Notes under the pieces: generated by a model
What the model was told of the DNA's origin: nothing
What the model saw: only the letters and a program-made list of their open reading frames with translations
Database searches by the model: none
Source: Camelus dromedarius
Lineage: Eukaryota
Assembly: GCF_036321535.1 (NCBI RefSeq)
Contig: NC_087447.1
Coordinates: forward strand, 49,106,001 to 49,170,000
Direction: 5' to 3'
Length of the DNA stretch: 64,000 bases
Part shown: positions 40,818 through 53,659 of the stretch, piece by piece
How the letters are laid out: every line of letters starts with the position of its first letter
Position numbering within the stretch: the stretch's first letter is position 1
Position numbers and translations under genes: made by a program

Positions 40818-41497
40818 CCACTTCTAAAAGCAGCCGTCTTTCTGCCGGATCATGCTGAATTAGGGGTAAGGGAGAAAGAGACAGTGAACTTAAAATGGAT
40901 AAAGTAAGAAATGTTAAAAAGTCCCTGTTTTGTCCTAAAATTTTAGTCTGTTCTGGATAAATAGGATTTTCTAGCTCAGATACGAGAAGTTGTAGCTCTG
41001 ATATCTAGCTATAGCCTCTTTGGTCTGCTGATGACATTGTTTTGATTTGCTTTTCTGGAAAAGCATTTTTTGCTAAAAACCATACAGATTTCCTCCTTCA
41101 TACCTAGCAGTACTTTATATAGTATAGCTTTGTGCCATGGTGGCGTTTAAGATGCAGTTTTTAAAATTGTTAACCTGTTGCTGACTTCATTGTGTTAATT
41201 CTCATTTCAACAGCTGTTTCCCTTAATTCAGGATACAACTTCTTGTGTATGACAGTTTTCCTTCACACACCATTTTTGTGGGTGTGTATATATCTGAATT
41301 GGGGAGAATTGGAAAAGAAACCCCCACAGCTTTTTAATTTGTTTGAAACAGACTTTCTGCCTGTTACATTTTGTGCTCTTAACCAATTAAAGAAGCCAGT
41401 GGCATTTTTAGTTTTATCTTGTCTATGTTTTCCACTAGTATATCCCCATTGATTTGTTTGTGCCCTTTATTAACTGCCATTTTCTAAAATTTTTTTC

Positions 41498-41503
41498 AAT
41501 AAA
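41498..41503 (+). terminator. SPCS2: Probable SPCS2 polyadenylation signal
   Basis: AATAAA about 680 nt after the stop, at the end of a U-rich non-repetitive 3'UTR. Confidence 0.6.
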
Positions 41504-44384
41504 AGGAAAGATATGTGAAAAAATGGAGTCATAGTCTTGATGGAAGGAACAAAGCAGTACATGTTAACTGTCTTACTACTATAGGTTCCTTTTGTTTCTA
41601 GGCTGCTTCACAGATCAGAGGTCCCTGAGGACCTGTAGAGGAGGAACTACTAGCTTTCCAGTGATAACAATAATGACACTCAGTACTTTGTGTCGGGTAG
41701 TGTTCCAGGTACCTTACATGTACTAGCTCACTAATGCCCACGACAGTCCTAAGATAGTAGGTAGTAGTATTAGCCCCATTTTATAGGTGAGGAAACTGAG
41801 GCACTAAAATTGAATAATTGTCTCATAGCTACCAATAGAGCTGGGATTTAAACCTTGTGAGTTTGGCTCCAGAGTTGTGAGCAGCATCTTTTCTAGTATT
41901 TTCCCACTGTGGTCAGAGAAGAACTGGGCACTTGCCCAGATACTGTGACCTATGGGAATATTGTTGCTCTAGCCCTACGTAAGTACAATTTCAACTGAGC
42001 CTAGTACCTAAAACTATATTCAGTTTATAAGAAATCACACTTAGCACATTCTCCTCTCTGACTTGGGAATGTCCTATCTAGCACCACACAGTGGGGGTTT
42101 GAGGAACATCATTGGACAGGAAGTTGAAGCCTTGAATTCTGTACTCTTTATTCCCATAAACCCTGGGTAAGTCATGTAATTCTCTGAGCTTCTAGTTTCT
42201 TCTTTTTTTTAGGTGGTGATCCTATTCTGTCAGCTACTTGAAGCTTTTGAAAGTGTATAATCGGGTAATTGTGTTTTTACAATGAAGGAGTTACTGTTAG
42301 ACACAGGGTCCCAAGGCTTGTGATGTGGACAGGGAGTAGCCCTCTCCATGATGACTCCTTGGAATTCTTTCACACCATGCATACTTTTTTTCTTTAAATA
42401 TGCAAACGTGTATCTTCACTTTTTTTTTTAATGAAAATTGAATTATTTTGAAATATGTTCTATGTCTTTTTAACTTAATTGTTCTTAGGTATTTTCCCTG
42501 TCAGTATACATAGGTCAATGCACTTTTGAAAGCTGCATAATATTCTACAGTAGAGATGGTTTTAATTTAACTATTTGCCTATTAATTGATATGTTTGTTT
42601 GTTTCTAGTTTTTTACTATCCCAAAGGAGGAATCGGTTTGGGAGAGAGTGGGGAAAAAGGTCCTCCAGTGAGAAACAAGAGACCGAGATTGTTTTCAGCT
42701 TTATTCTAATTTGTGACCTTGAGCAAATCTCATTCTTTCTCTAGGTCCAAGTGTCTGAATCTGTCAGAGAAGTTTCAGTAATGTATACTTTGAGATTATA
42801 AAGACTCCCTACCCCCCCCAGAAATGCCTGCGTATAAAACATTTTTCATTATGAATAATATGAATGCTATAATCCCTTAAATCTGCCCGTAAAACCCCAC
42901 TTTGAGATTTCTTCAGCTACATGGATCCCTTAAGGTTTTTCCCCGACTCCAGTAACCAGTTGGCAGTATCAATTTGATAAGTAAAGAAGTGGGTTAGCAG
43001 CCCAGCCATGTGGTCATCCTGCATGTACCTCCACCCACCCACCTATCCAATTATGGTATTTTAGGACAGTTTCTCATCACTCGAACAGGCTCAAGCCTCG
43101 GCATGGGCATAGTCTGTGAGGCTGCAGAGGCACTGCAGAGTGCTTCTGGCCGGCATTTCACACATGCATCAACCAGCTGGTCACTCCAGCCAGTTTTGAA
43201 TGTTGGCTGGGCTGTTCTTCACTCTCTTGAGTAGGTCTGCAGCACCCCTCCCACCAGGAAACCCTGATGCCCATCACGTTTTCCTCCTTGCTCTCAACCC
43301 TTCACACTTGCCTAGGTTGGACTTAGGTCTTCCCAAAAATGTAAGGCTGCTAAGGAGAGTGGGGAAAGACAGCTAATGTTTTTCATTATTTGTAAATTTG
43401 AGCTGCTAATGTGTATTTGATGTTTGGTACTTTTATATGTATTTTAGAAATAATCTTTTTGCTTCAGAACAACCTTAGGGAATGGAAGAAAATGCAAAAG
43501 TTCCTTTGAATACATGCAAATTGTATTTTTCTCTGGGTCCAAGTTCCTACTCAGTTTAGAGCTCTTTCTCTCACCAGCTCTCTATCATGTCTTCACCCCT
43601 GGCTAGACACCCCCTTCCCTGATTCCAACCTTGTCTCCTTGATGGAAGTTATCTGGGAAAACAGCTAATATCACAATATTTTTTTGTAAAAGACTATCCC
43701 CACTAACAGCCTTTAGTGTTATTAAATAAAATATTCTTAATAATCCAGCCTGAAAGCACATGTGCTCAGATGACTCCTCTGATATTCACAACTACTTCAA
43801 GAATAATTGACAAGGACTCTTAACCTTTTTTTTTTAATGCCATGGATCTTTTTTGACAGCCTAGTGTTGTCTATGACCCCCTTCTCAGAATAATGTTTTA
43901 AATACATTATTGCCTGTTAATGAGGATTGGGGAGGTGGTTGTAGGCTCTGAGTACCGGGAAGTAGGTTCAAAGACAGTTCTTCAGAAGGTGCAACTGGTG
44001 GTTGCTCACTCTCTTCTGATTAGGAGGACTTCCTCACTCATCTGGCAGTCAGCTTCAGATCCACCCCATTGTAATACACTAATATTCATCCCGGATGGGC
44101 AACAGGTTCCTCCTCCTTTCAGACAGCAGTTACAGAGACACCTACACAAACATGAAAAGAGGAAAATTCCCTACTTCTGTGAATGGAAACTATGTGAATT
44201 GTTAGAAATTTGTCTGGTTTACTTGGGTGAGGAGAGGTTCTGGGGTATAAGGCTTGTTAAGGAAGAAAGGCAACTGTTAGATTGTCTTATAGCTTGCTGC
44301 CTCCTGCAGTCTATCATGCCAACTTTAGATTCATTCAGAGACAACAGTAAAGGTCTCAGGGTCTTTTGCAGAATGTCTTGGCTG

Positions 44385-47095
44385 CTATAAGGGAGCTTTG
44401 GCTCTTTGAGGGAAATTTCCCTGTGACTGACAAACTTCTGGGAAACCACTGATTAGTATTGAATAATATTCAGTATCAGTATTCAGGCTCTTAGTGCCCT
44501 GGATTTGGTTTATAATGCTGTCAGAGGTGACCCACTGGAGAATGAGAAAGTGTTGGGAGAAGCAATCTGCCAGGAACCCTGAGCATCCCTGCATGTTCTT
44601 GCTTCACATGAATGCCTTATCTCAGTGTTTTCTGTTTGTAGTGAGCAACCTTGAGAGATGAGGTAATGTCTCTTTCCTAGGAGCAGGTTTGCCTACTGTT
44701 CACTGTGAAAGTGTTGAATCCCCCAAGCTCAGGGTTTTCCTGTGACACAACCCACTGCATGTGTAGGCATCCACCTAGGCCTACCTGCATCACTTGTTGG
44801 GGGGTGAAGGGGGGACTGGCACAAACTTGCCCATTGCTGCTTACTGTAGTATAAGCAATAAAGTTCTTTGTCTCTGATTCAGGAATCTCACGTCATCTGC
44901 CAGCATCTGTGAAAAAATAATAGGTTAACTTGTTCGTTTTGCAAGTAGGATCAAATTCTAGACCTTTCATAGACTACTCTTGACAGTCTGGTAGCAGGGA
45001 TGGGATCCTGACAGACAAGGCTTCAGAAGAGAGAGGACATGGGCCAGGTGAGAATATAAGAAGGTAACCTGGGGTCTGGTAGCAAATGCTAGTGAGAAAG
45101 GAGGGTAATAAGGGCCCCTGGTTGTCCTACATGTTAATGAATGTTTTGAGACTAAGCAACAAGAGGTAGAATTGAAACACTCTGCCCAACTGGGATTTAG
45201 GTTGTTGCTCATTCTCCTAAGGCCAGAAGGAGGGAAGGATGTTTTGATAATGAGGCAGCAAGCCTGTGGCCCGAGCTGAAGGCAGTTATGGCTGTGACTG
45301 ATGAGTAAAGGATTCCCCAAAGGTGGAATAAGTGGTGTCGCAATCAGGATATAGAGCTTTGAGTGGACCAAAAATATTAGGAGTTTGTTGAGTCCAAGCA
45401 GGTAACCATTTGAAACAAAAGTAAATGCATGACCTGATCCCTTTCCTGATTTAAGGAAGGAAGCTATGTATGCTGGGGGAATCTTTGAGGAGGGGAGAGA
45501 CTCCCCTTTTATAGCTGTATTGGATATAATCATCTAAGTCACCATCCTACTTAGTCCCATGGAGACAGGGAGCACTGGGCACAGGGATGCTCAAAAGTGC
45601 CAAGGACTGTGGGGCAGATCCACAGTGGTATGCGGAGGGGTGAAAAAAATACCCTAAATAGAAATCTCTGATCTGCAGATGCTTGTAGGAGCCAAGCAGT
45701 ACACAAGGGAAGAGGCAGCACTGACCCTGGAGCAGGAGTCAGAAAAGTCCTTACCCAGCTGCCCCGTGTAGGCTAGCCTCTCACACTTACGGCTGGAAGA
45801 GAACATGATCTCTTGGTGGCTGTGGCTGTGACTGTGGCCTGCTACTTACCTATTTTAAACTGCTTAGTTTGGATTCCCATGGTGGGGAGAAAAGTGTCTG
45901 AATTCAACTGGTGGGGTTTGGGCCAAGTTTGCAGTGGGAAAGGAAAATTAAAATGACCTGTAGGGGGAGCCTCTAAATGAATTCAGTGTATTAATGCTTT
46001 GTGGCTTTCACATCAATGTGTTATTGATATCAATTGTATATTTGATGATGTTTGACATGGTCCTAGATCATAAAATTTAGAAGAAGTCACCCCTGGAGGC
46101 TTCCTCTCAAAGAAAAATGGCCTAGTACAACTGTCTCAAACTGTTGCAAGCTCCTTAAACTTAACTAACTGCTGGATTTGCTATCCACCACTTGATGGCT
46201 CTGACCACAGTTTGATTCCTTTTAAACATTCCCTTTAACCTACTGAGAGGTCAGGTGTAATTTCAGCTCCTATACCTCTCATGCAAAAACATCAGGTGTA
46301 ATTTCAGCCCCTGTACCTCATGCAAAACACATGTCACAACCTCTAGATGTTTCCTCACCCCCATTCTTGTAGCTATTGCTCAGTCATCCTGTAGGATGGA
46401 TAGATGCCACCTGGCTGGTGACATGGACAAATGGGCTAGGTTGGACTGTTACCAGGGAATCTTCAAAAACAAGGACTGATTTCAATTATTCTAAATGACC
46501 TGGGAACTCTGAGGCCTACCAGGTGGGCAGGCAGTTACATTAGGGACACTGTCAATCTGTGTCCTCTAAATGATGTAGATCCCACTTGGGAGGTCCCAAC
46601 AATGATAAATGGGGACATCATATATGCCCCCAGGATTGTATTTCCTTTGTGGAAGCCAGGCATTAGCCCCTTCTGCCCTGAAAACATGGTGTCTTGCACA
46701 TATGGAGGGTCATAAGCAACCTTCAAGTGTTTAAGGAAACACCACTAGTAGGTCATGTAGCCCTTAGGTGACTGTGGAGATTGCCCCAAAATGAGGCTAC
46801 CCTTGGTTACACAGGGGAGCTTCCTGGAGGGTGACCGACTCATTTATGCACACTCTGCAGGAGGTTATCCCCATCTTGAGAGTCATCCTGTTAGAAATGT
46901 TGATTTGAAATTTGCTCCTGACTTAAGCTGAAGCCATCAATGGTATCACCTCAGCCCTGGAAGTTACTCAGGTGAACCTCAACTCACTGGCCAGTGTGGT
47001 TATGGATGATAGAATCACTCTTGACTTCCTTCTGGGCCACGGTAGAGTGTGCAGTTGCTAATATATCCTGCTGTACTTGGAGTTATGCCTCAGAA
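44385..47095 (+). mobile_element. Degenerate endogenous retrovirus: LTR (about 44385-44985), PBS, internal remnant with env TM fragment
   Basis: AATAAA at about 44858, LTR end ...TGACA 44985, PBS-like TGGTAGCAGGGATGGGAT 44989-45006, env-like peptide 46927-47080. Left boundary approximate. Confidence 0.7.
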
Positions 47096-47784
47096 ACCAT
47101 CTGTACAAAGTGCTGTGGAGGCTGGAGAGAGAGTAACTATTTTAGCACAGAGGCCTGGTAGGCCTCCATGAAATGAAATGTATTTGATCTGATCTTTAAA
47201 TGAGGAGTGGGGCCAAGAGTGCCTGTTTTACAGATGAGGAACCTGAGGCACAGATGTTAAATAACTTGCCAATGTCACTCAGCTAGGAAGTAGGAAGTAA
47301 AGGATTGGAGTCAAGATCTCTTCACCTCCAAATATAGAGATTGCTGCTAAACCTCACTGCCTCAGCATTAGACTGAGACCACCAAAGAAGAACTGAGAGA
47401 GATTTGGAATTCACTTTAGATATTTTCCTAAAGTTGACTTGATGATCCATAGAATTGGTGATTATGTGTTTGAAGAAGTCTGATGAAGAACCCTAGGACT
47501 TTGTAAGAACCACTCTTTAAAAATGAAATATTTCAGACAAATTATAAAGTTTAGAGAATAATAAAGTGAACACCCATAAGCCCACTGCCACCTTTAAAAA
47601 AAATTACCAATACAGTTGAAGTCCCTTGGGTATCCCTAATCACATCTACTTCTGCACTCTCAGAAATGACTACTATCCTGAATTTGGTATTTATTATTCC
47701 TATGCATTTTCTTCACACATGTGTGCATTAACAACACATGGTATTATTGTTTTACTTGTTTTAAATCTTTATATATGGTATTTG

Positions 47785-48200
47785 GCTGAGGGTTCCCAAG
47801 ACTCAGATTCATCCCTAGGTTCAGAGATTAGTTAGAAGCACTCACAGGACTAAGCATATAGTTGTACTCACAGCTAAGATCTATGATAGCAATATAGAGA
47901 GGACACACACTGGATTGTAAGAGAAAAAGATGCAGGCAGAGTCTGAAGGAATCCATGTGTAGGCTTTCTTATGCTCTCTCCGTCCATGAGGGATCTCATT
48001 AAATACAGTTTACCCCAGCAATGCAAATGGAGCGTGTGTGCCATGTTTCTCCCTAGAGAATCCATTAGACTCAGGACCCATATTATTGGGGCTATTCATG
48101 GGGGAACCCTCTGCCTACCACGTATCAAAATTCCAGGCTCCCAGAAGGAAAGCAGGTGTTCAGAAACCATATTATGTTCAAATAGTCTCCACACTGTCTA
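47785..48200 (-). mobile_element. MER21-like LTR upstream of the NEU3 promoter
   Basis: Homologous to 27945-28465 (cacaggactaagcatatagttgtactc, aaaattccaggctcccagaaggaaagcaggtg). Confidence 0.65.
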
Positions 48201-48519
48201 CATTTATTAATTGGAATTCTACTATAGGAAGAATTGTTTTTTCTCTCCTATTCAATTGTGCATATCAGTATGGACTCGGATTTTTATTTTATTCAGCGAG
48301 TTGTCAAATACAATTTGCTCAAAAAATATATTCATACATGCATACATACATACATACATACATAAAATAACGCATATGAATATAATTTGAATTGGGTAGG
48401 TTCCCCAATGCTCTGGACCCCTGTACCCTTTTGTGAAGTCCTCTCCGAGGCCCGGAACTTTTGCTCGACTCTCAAGCAGTCCAGGGAAGTTTTAGGCAGT
48501 GATACCTAGCATCAGAGTG

Positions 48520-49010
48520 GCGACCAATAGGTGAGAGCGTGGATACAGAGGACTCAAAAAAGCGGGGGTGGGTGAACGGGGAGGGGGGCAGGAAATGGAA
48601 GGGTGAGGGGCGGAGCCAGGGAGCTGCGCGGCCATTAGGAGCTGAACCGGGGCCTGGGCAGGAGAGGGTGACCGGAAAGGAAGGGGCAAGTCCCAAGCCT
48701 AGGCTGGGACGTGGCTGAAGGCTGGCGTGGGGAGAGACGTTCAAGGCTGCACTGACCGGTGGGGGCGGGGCTGACTCCCCGCTGCAGCCAACCAACGGCC
48801 GCAACTGCCGGCCGCGGCCTCCGCGCATCCCCGCCCCCGCTTTATCCTGCACTGTTCGGCTGTTTGTGTCCGTGTCCGCCGTCCTTCTCTTGCCTCGGTC
48901 TCCCTAGTCTTGGTCATTCTCCCGGACTTTGGTGTCCGAGACGTGAGAGCTTGACCTCGCGCCCAGATCTGCCCTGAGAGAGATGGCGGAGCTGGCGTCC
49001 CGCGGAGGTG
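48520..49010 (+). promoter_or_regulatory. NEU3: NEU3 GC-rich/CpG promoter and first exon
   Basis: CCAAT 48524-48528, GC boxes at 48607-48615 and 48761-48770, CpG cluster, strong donor GAG|gtgagt at 49007/49008. Confidence 0.8.
48983..49007 (+). CDS. NEU3: NEU3 putative coding end of exon 1 (MAELASRG+G)
   Basis: gagATGG. 25 nt spliced to 52855 (AG GTC ATG) is in frame with the main ORF. Confidence 0.55.
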
Positions 49011-52000
49011 AGTGGGGCAGGGAGACTGGAGAGCCCCCGAAAAGTGGGGTACTGTGACTGTGGGAACAGGTTGGGCAGCACCATCTGGGTTTAGGAAATC
49101 CAGTCTACAGGGAATATTGGGTCTTAGACATAGCCAGAAAGTATTCTTGGCTTGTTATGTTTTTGTTTTCCTTCGACTGAAGCCAAACTTATTTAGAGAT
49201 GAAAGGGAACTGAGGCTAGAAAAACCCTTCTTATTAGAGAGGGTCTGTGGGCTGCAGAGAGCCCTGAGCTGAAACTTAGATCTGGGCCTCGGTCCAGGTT
49301 TTGTTACTGACTCATTGAGAGGCCTTAGAGAAGTTTATGCCCTTCGGATCGGTTTTTACCATGTGTTCCATGAGAGGGGTTTGGACTACAGGATTTCCAG
49401 AGGCCTGACGATGGGTGCCCCTTAAGTTTTATTTGTTAGGAGTGAGTAAATGAGAGAGGCCTCCTTTTGGGGTTCACTGGAGGCTGCCAGCTACACTGAA
49501 TTTATTGGAGTCTATGGAGTTACATTGTTCTTAAAGCTTGAGAAATAGGTGGTATTATCCGCATTACAAATAAGGTAATAGGCTCAGAGGTAAAGTGATT
49601 TGCTAGTAAGTGTCAAAGCCAAGTCAGACTTCAAAGACCAAACTACACTATACTTTCTCCCAGTAGGAGAGCATGGAGGGCTTGACTGAAAGGTGATTAT
49701 AGGGAGCAGCAGTTAACAACTTTGAGTTCTCTGCTAAAATGAACGGCTCCAGAGCAGAACTATATCTGATTCTTCTCTATCCCTAGCTCCCAGCATATAG
49801 TTTGTGTGAAATAGTTTGGGTATCAGTGCCAGAGCCACCACCTGTGTTGCACACTGTCATCAACATGATCAGCATAATCATAATTAATAAAAAGAATGAT
49901 GGGGACTCTAATTGTTACAGTGATAGCAAAGCCGCAAGTGAAATTGTGAGGACATCGGAATTTATAATACTTACACGGTGTTTTAAAGTTTATACAGCAC
50001 TTTTGAGTGGTTCTTCATTCGATAATCTTAGATAAATATTATTGTTGGTCACATTTTATAAGCAAGGAATCTAAGACCTAGAGAGATTAAGTGACCTGCA
50101 CAAGGTCACACAGTGAGAACTTGTATTTCTCCTTATGTGCTCTCTCCACTTTCTCTCCCTTTTCTTTGTCCTGGTCCTCCCCACCCATTCCCATGCCTAG
50201 CCTGTGCTCCATTCTTCGTATCACTCAGAGACATCCTCTTTTGATGTTAACCAATAATCATGTGTTGGCTGATGAATAATAGTGTTGGTATTAACTCGTA
50301 TGACTTCTAAGAGTTTAAATCTCAGAGATGCAGAGGGATTTAAATGCCTTTAAGAAGGGGAGTTGTAACTGTGGTTGTTATCATCATCATCATCCACAGG
50401 TTTCAAGGAATGAAACTAGAATATGCAGTGACTGACAGTCTAAGAATAATAACTGTTATATATTGAGCTCATACTATGTCATGGGCCTTGTAATAGCCTC
50501 TTAAGTAAGCTTTTTAACTTAATTCCCTCAACCATTGTACTGAATCTTATAAATGAGGCTCTGGAAGCATAGAGAAGTTAAATAACGTGCCTGGGTTCAT
50601 GAAGTCCTGGTCTGGTCCAGTTCTGTATTCTAAACCATTACACCAGCTTGGCCTAGGAACAGATCTTTACTTAGGAGAAAGCCTGACCCTCTAGCAGGAG
50701 AGCCTGAACAGGGGAGAGAGAGGTGTGCTCAGGTACGGTGTGAGAAAGACAACTGAGAGCCCAGAATTGGAGTGAGGGGAGGTTTTGCTTCTGGACTCGA
50801 GGCCACCTCCCCACCCGCCTCAGATAACGAACCACGGTTCTTCTCTCTTTAAGTTAGAAACAAGTGACTGAATGAATCACTCATGTTGCTGATGACAAAG
50901 CTTGTCCTGATTGACACTAGGAGTCTGTAGCCTTTGACAATGCAACTTTCCCCTTCAGTTCATTGCACAGAAGGCTACCTGAGAGAATAGTCTAAAATGC
51001 ATACTTGATTATGGCATTCCTCTGCCAAAAACTGTTGAATGGCTCCCTATCTGTGGGGTAAACACCCTAATGAGGTATCAAAGCCTCCCAGGATTTGCAC
51101 TCGCCTGACCCCTTCAATCCCACCTTTGCTCACAGCTTTTGCGTTCCACTAGAGACATACTGGATTACAGAGTCCCCACAGCTTGCTATGTTTTCTGTGA
51201 CCTTTAGGCTTTTTGCATCGCACCCCTCTGCCCTTCTCCTTTTCACCTTTCACCTGGCTAACCCACTATTCATCCTTTAAGATCCAGCTTGCCCATTCAT
51301 TCATTCATTCAATGAATGTTTGTCAAGTGCCTGTCAACTACCAGGCATGGTTATAGGTGTAGAGGTGTAGCAGTGAGTAAAACAGACACATCCCTGCCCT
51401 TTATGGAGCTTCTATCCTGTAGCGCATATTAAACAAGTCTAATAAATCAGTGATGAGTGGCATGGAGAATAGAGTGGGGAAAGAGGATCGAGAGGGGCAA
51501 GGGAGTCATCAGGAAAGTCTTCAGGGGTTGGATGATGTTTGAACAGATCTGGAGGAGGTGAGGGAGTGAGGACAGTGCCAATTTGAATGTTCCAAGCACA
51601 GAGTTTAAGGATATGAGACAGGAAATGACTTGGCTCAGTTACGACTCTTCCAGAACTCCTCTGCTGCCTTGATCTGGACTGATGCCCTTTTCTGTTTTCC
51701 TACATGCTCTCATGTTGACCTCTAAAGTAGCACTTACTACATGGTATTATACTTGTCTATGTATATGTCTGTTTCCCCAACTTGGATATGGGTTTCTTGA
51801 GGGCAGGGACCTCTGGTTCTGACTGCTCAGCACCTACCTTATGGCCTGACTTAGATGGAGTAGGCACTCAAAAATATTTATTAAATATTATGAGTAAGAC
51901 CTATGGGCCCTGTTCTTACAGCCTCATTATTTTTTACAAATGATTTGGAAGACAGGGCTTGATGACAGATAGTGAGAGAGAAAAAAGAAAAAAATTCTAA

Positions 52001-52854
52001 GCCTGATTCTGTCTGTCTGGCTTGATTCTGTTTTTGGACCTCTGAGAAGTTGAATACCTGATTTTCTTTGAGAAATGTAGCTAGAGACTTCCACTTTCAG
52101 CATTATGGCAGGCTGGCTAACCTGTAAAATGGTAGGTAAAATATAACAAAGTCCCTTGTAGTTGAATTTGCAAGAAAGTAAGAGAAATCCCCAGGGGCCT
52201 AAAAAACCAAGAGTAAGCTGAAAACCAGAGAAGTCAGCCCCTTTACCTGACCTCAGATGCCCTGGATGTTTGCTGGTCCCACTTACATAGAAGCTTGGGC
52301 TACTGTTACAGTGAATGAAACTATGGGCCCACATGGGTTAGACTCTGGTTAGAACTGAGACGCCTTCGTGAAGCTTGGTGCCTTGAAAATCTATGTCCTC
52401 TTATCAGGTGGAGCAGGAAAAAGAAATCTCGCTACTGACAAAGATGACAAAGGTTGCCTCTTATCCTAGGTTCCAGTAGAAGCATTCCCTCATATGGATT
52501 TGGGTTTATATTTATATTACCTGAAAGGCCTAAAAATTCCAAGCCAAGTAATGGACATTAGAAACTATCTAGGCTTTTAATACCCTGCCTGCTTGGCAGA
52601 GGCACATGCAGAATTTCTCTGGAGAGACACTTGACAGGAGTCCCACAGAGTCTGGAGGGGAGACTTGTTAAATGAGAATGTATATTGCCTGCTCTGTGCT
52701 GTCGAGATCATGATGTTACTTTTGTATAAAAATTTAAACATTTTAAGTACATCTGTGCCTTCTAGTGATCTCCAGAAATGGATGATAGAGCAGAACTTGT
52801 ATACAAGCCACATTTGGATGTGGACATGTATTTAGCTGCCTCCTATCCTTGCAG

Positions 52855-53066
52855 AGGTCATGGAAGAGGTGACATCATGCTCCTTCAACAGCCCTCTGTT
52901 CCAGCAGGAAGATGAGAAAGGGGTCACCTACCGGATCCCAGCCCTGATCTACGTTCCCCCTGCCCACACCTTCCTGGCCTTTGCAGAGAAGCGCTCTACG
53001 AGCAGGGATGAGGATGCGCTCCACCTGGTGCTGAGGCGAGGGTTGAGGACTGGGCACTCAGTACAG
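52855..53066 (+). CDS. NEU3: Sialidase-3 exon 2 (canonical ATG 52860: MEEVTSCSF...YRIP...HSVQ)
   Basis: Acceptor ccttgcag|AG, sialidase YRIP motif, donor CAG|gtgact. Confidence 0.95.
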
Positions 53067-53595
53067 GTGACTCCCTATCCCAGATCTGGGCCTGGGCCTT
53101 GGTTTCTACATTGCTCAGAGCGTGTCAAAGCCTGTGCCTTTTCCTGTCACTGCAGGAAAAAGCTTGTGTCAGAGCTGAGGAGTTAAAAAAACAGTAAAAG
53201 CAATGGCTTTCACTTATAGAGTACTTATTTTGTTCCATGGGCACACTGGATCTCACAGCCACTCTGTGATGTAGGAACTGTTGTCAGTCACATTTTACAG
53301 AAGAGGAAACTGAGGCTCAGAGAGGTTGCTACTTGCTCAAGGTCACACAGCTATAATAAAGCAGTAAAAGTAGGCTTCAAACTCAGTCTCTGACTAGAGG
53401 CTTCTATGTTTCGTTAGATTCAACCAACATGTGGTGTGCTTTTCACTGACATTCTCTTTAATCCTCATGAGTTACAAAAGAAGTAAGCATTATTATTCCA
53501 GTTTTGCTGATGAGGGATCCTGATGCTCCAGCAGATAGGTAGCTTGTTCAAGACCACAGCTAGCAGAAGATGCTGGGAGGATAACAACCACCTTA

Positions 53596-53659
53596 CTCCT
53601 CCTCCTCCTGCTTAGCTTCCTCCTCCTCCTTGTCTTCCTCCTCTTCCTCTTCTTCCTCC
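53596..53659. repeat. Imperfect (CCT/CTT)n low-complexity tract
   Basis: Seen directly; it produces the Arg/Lys-rich spurious ORF 53493..53693(-). Confidence 0.85.

Noticed and set aside
44989..45006. PBS read as initiator-Met tRNA
   Set aside because: That alignment needs a gap, whereas the Leu tRNA alignment is ungapped. Not decisive without a search.
43920..45533. 156-aa (+) and 188-aa (-) ORFs between SPCS2 and NEU3
   Set aside because: No recognisable domain or exon structure; they lie in or beside LTR/ERV-derived sequence.
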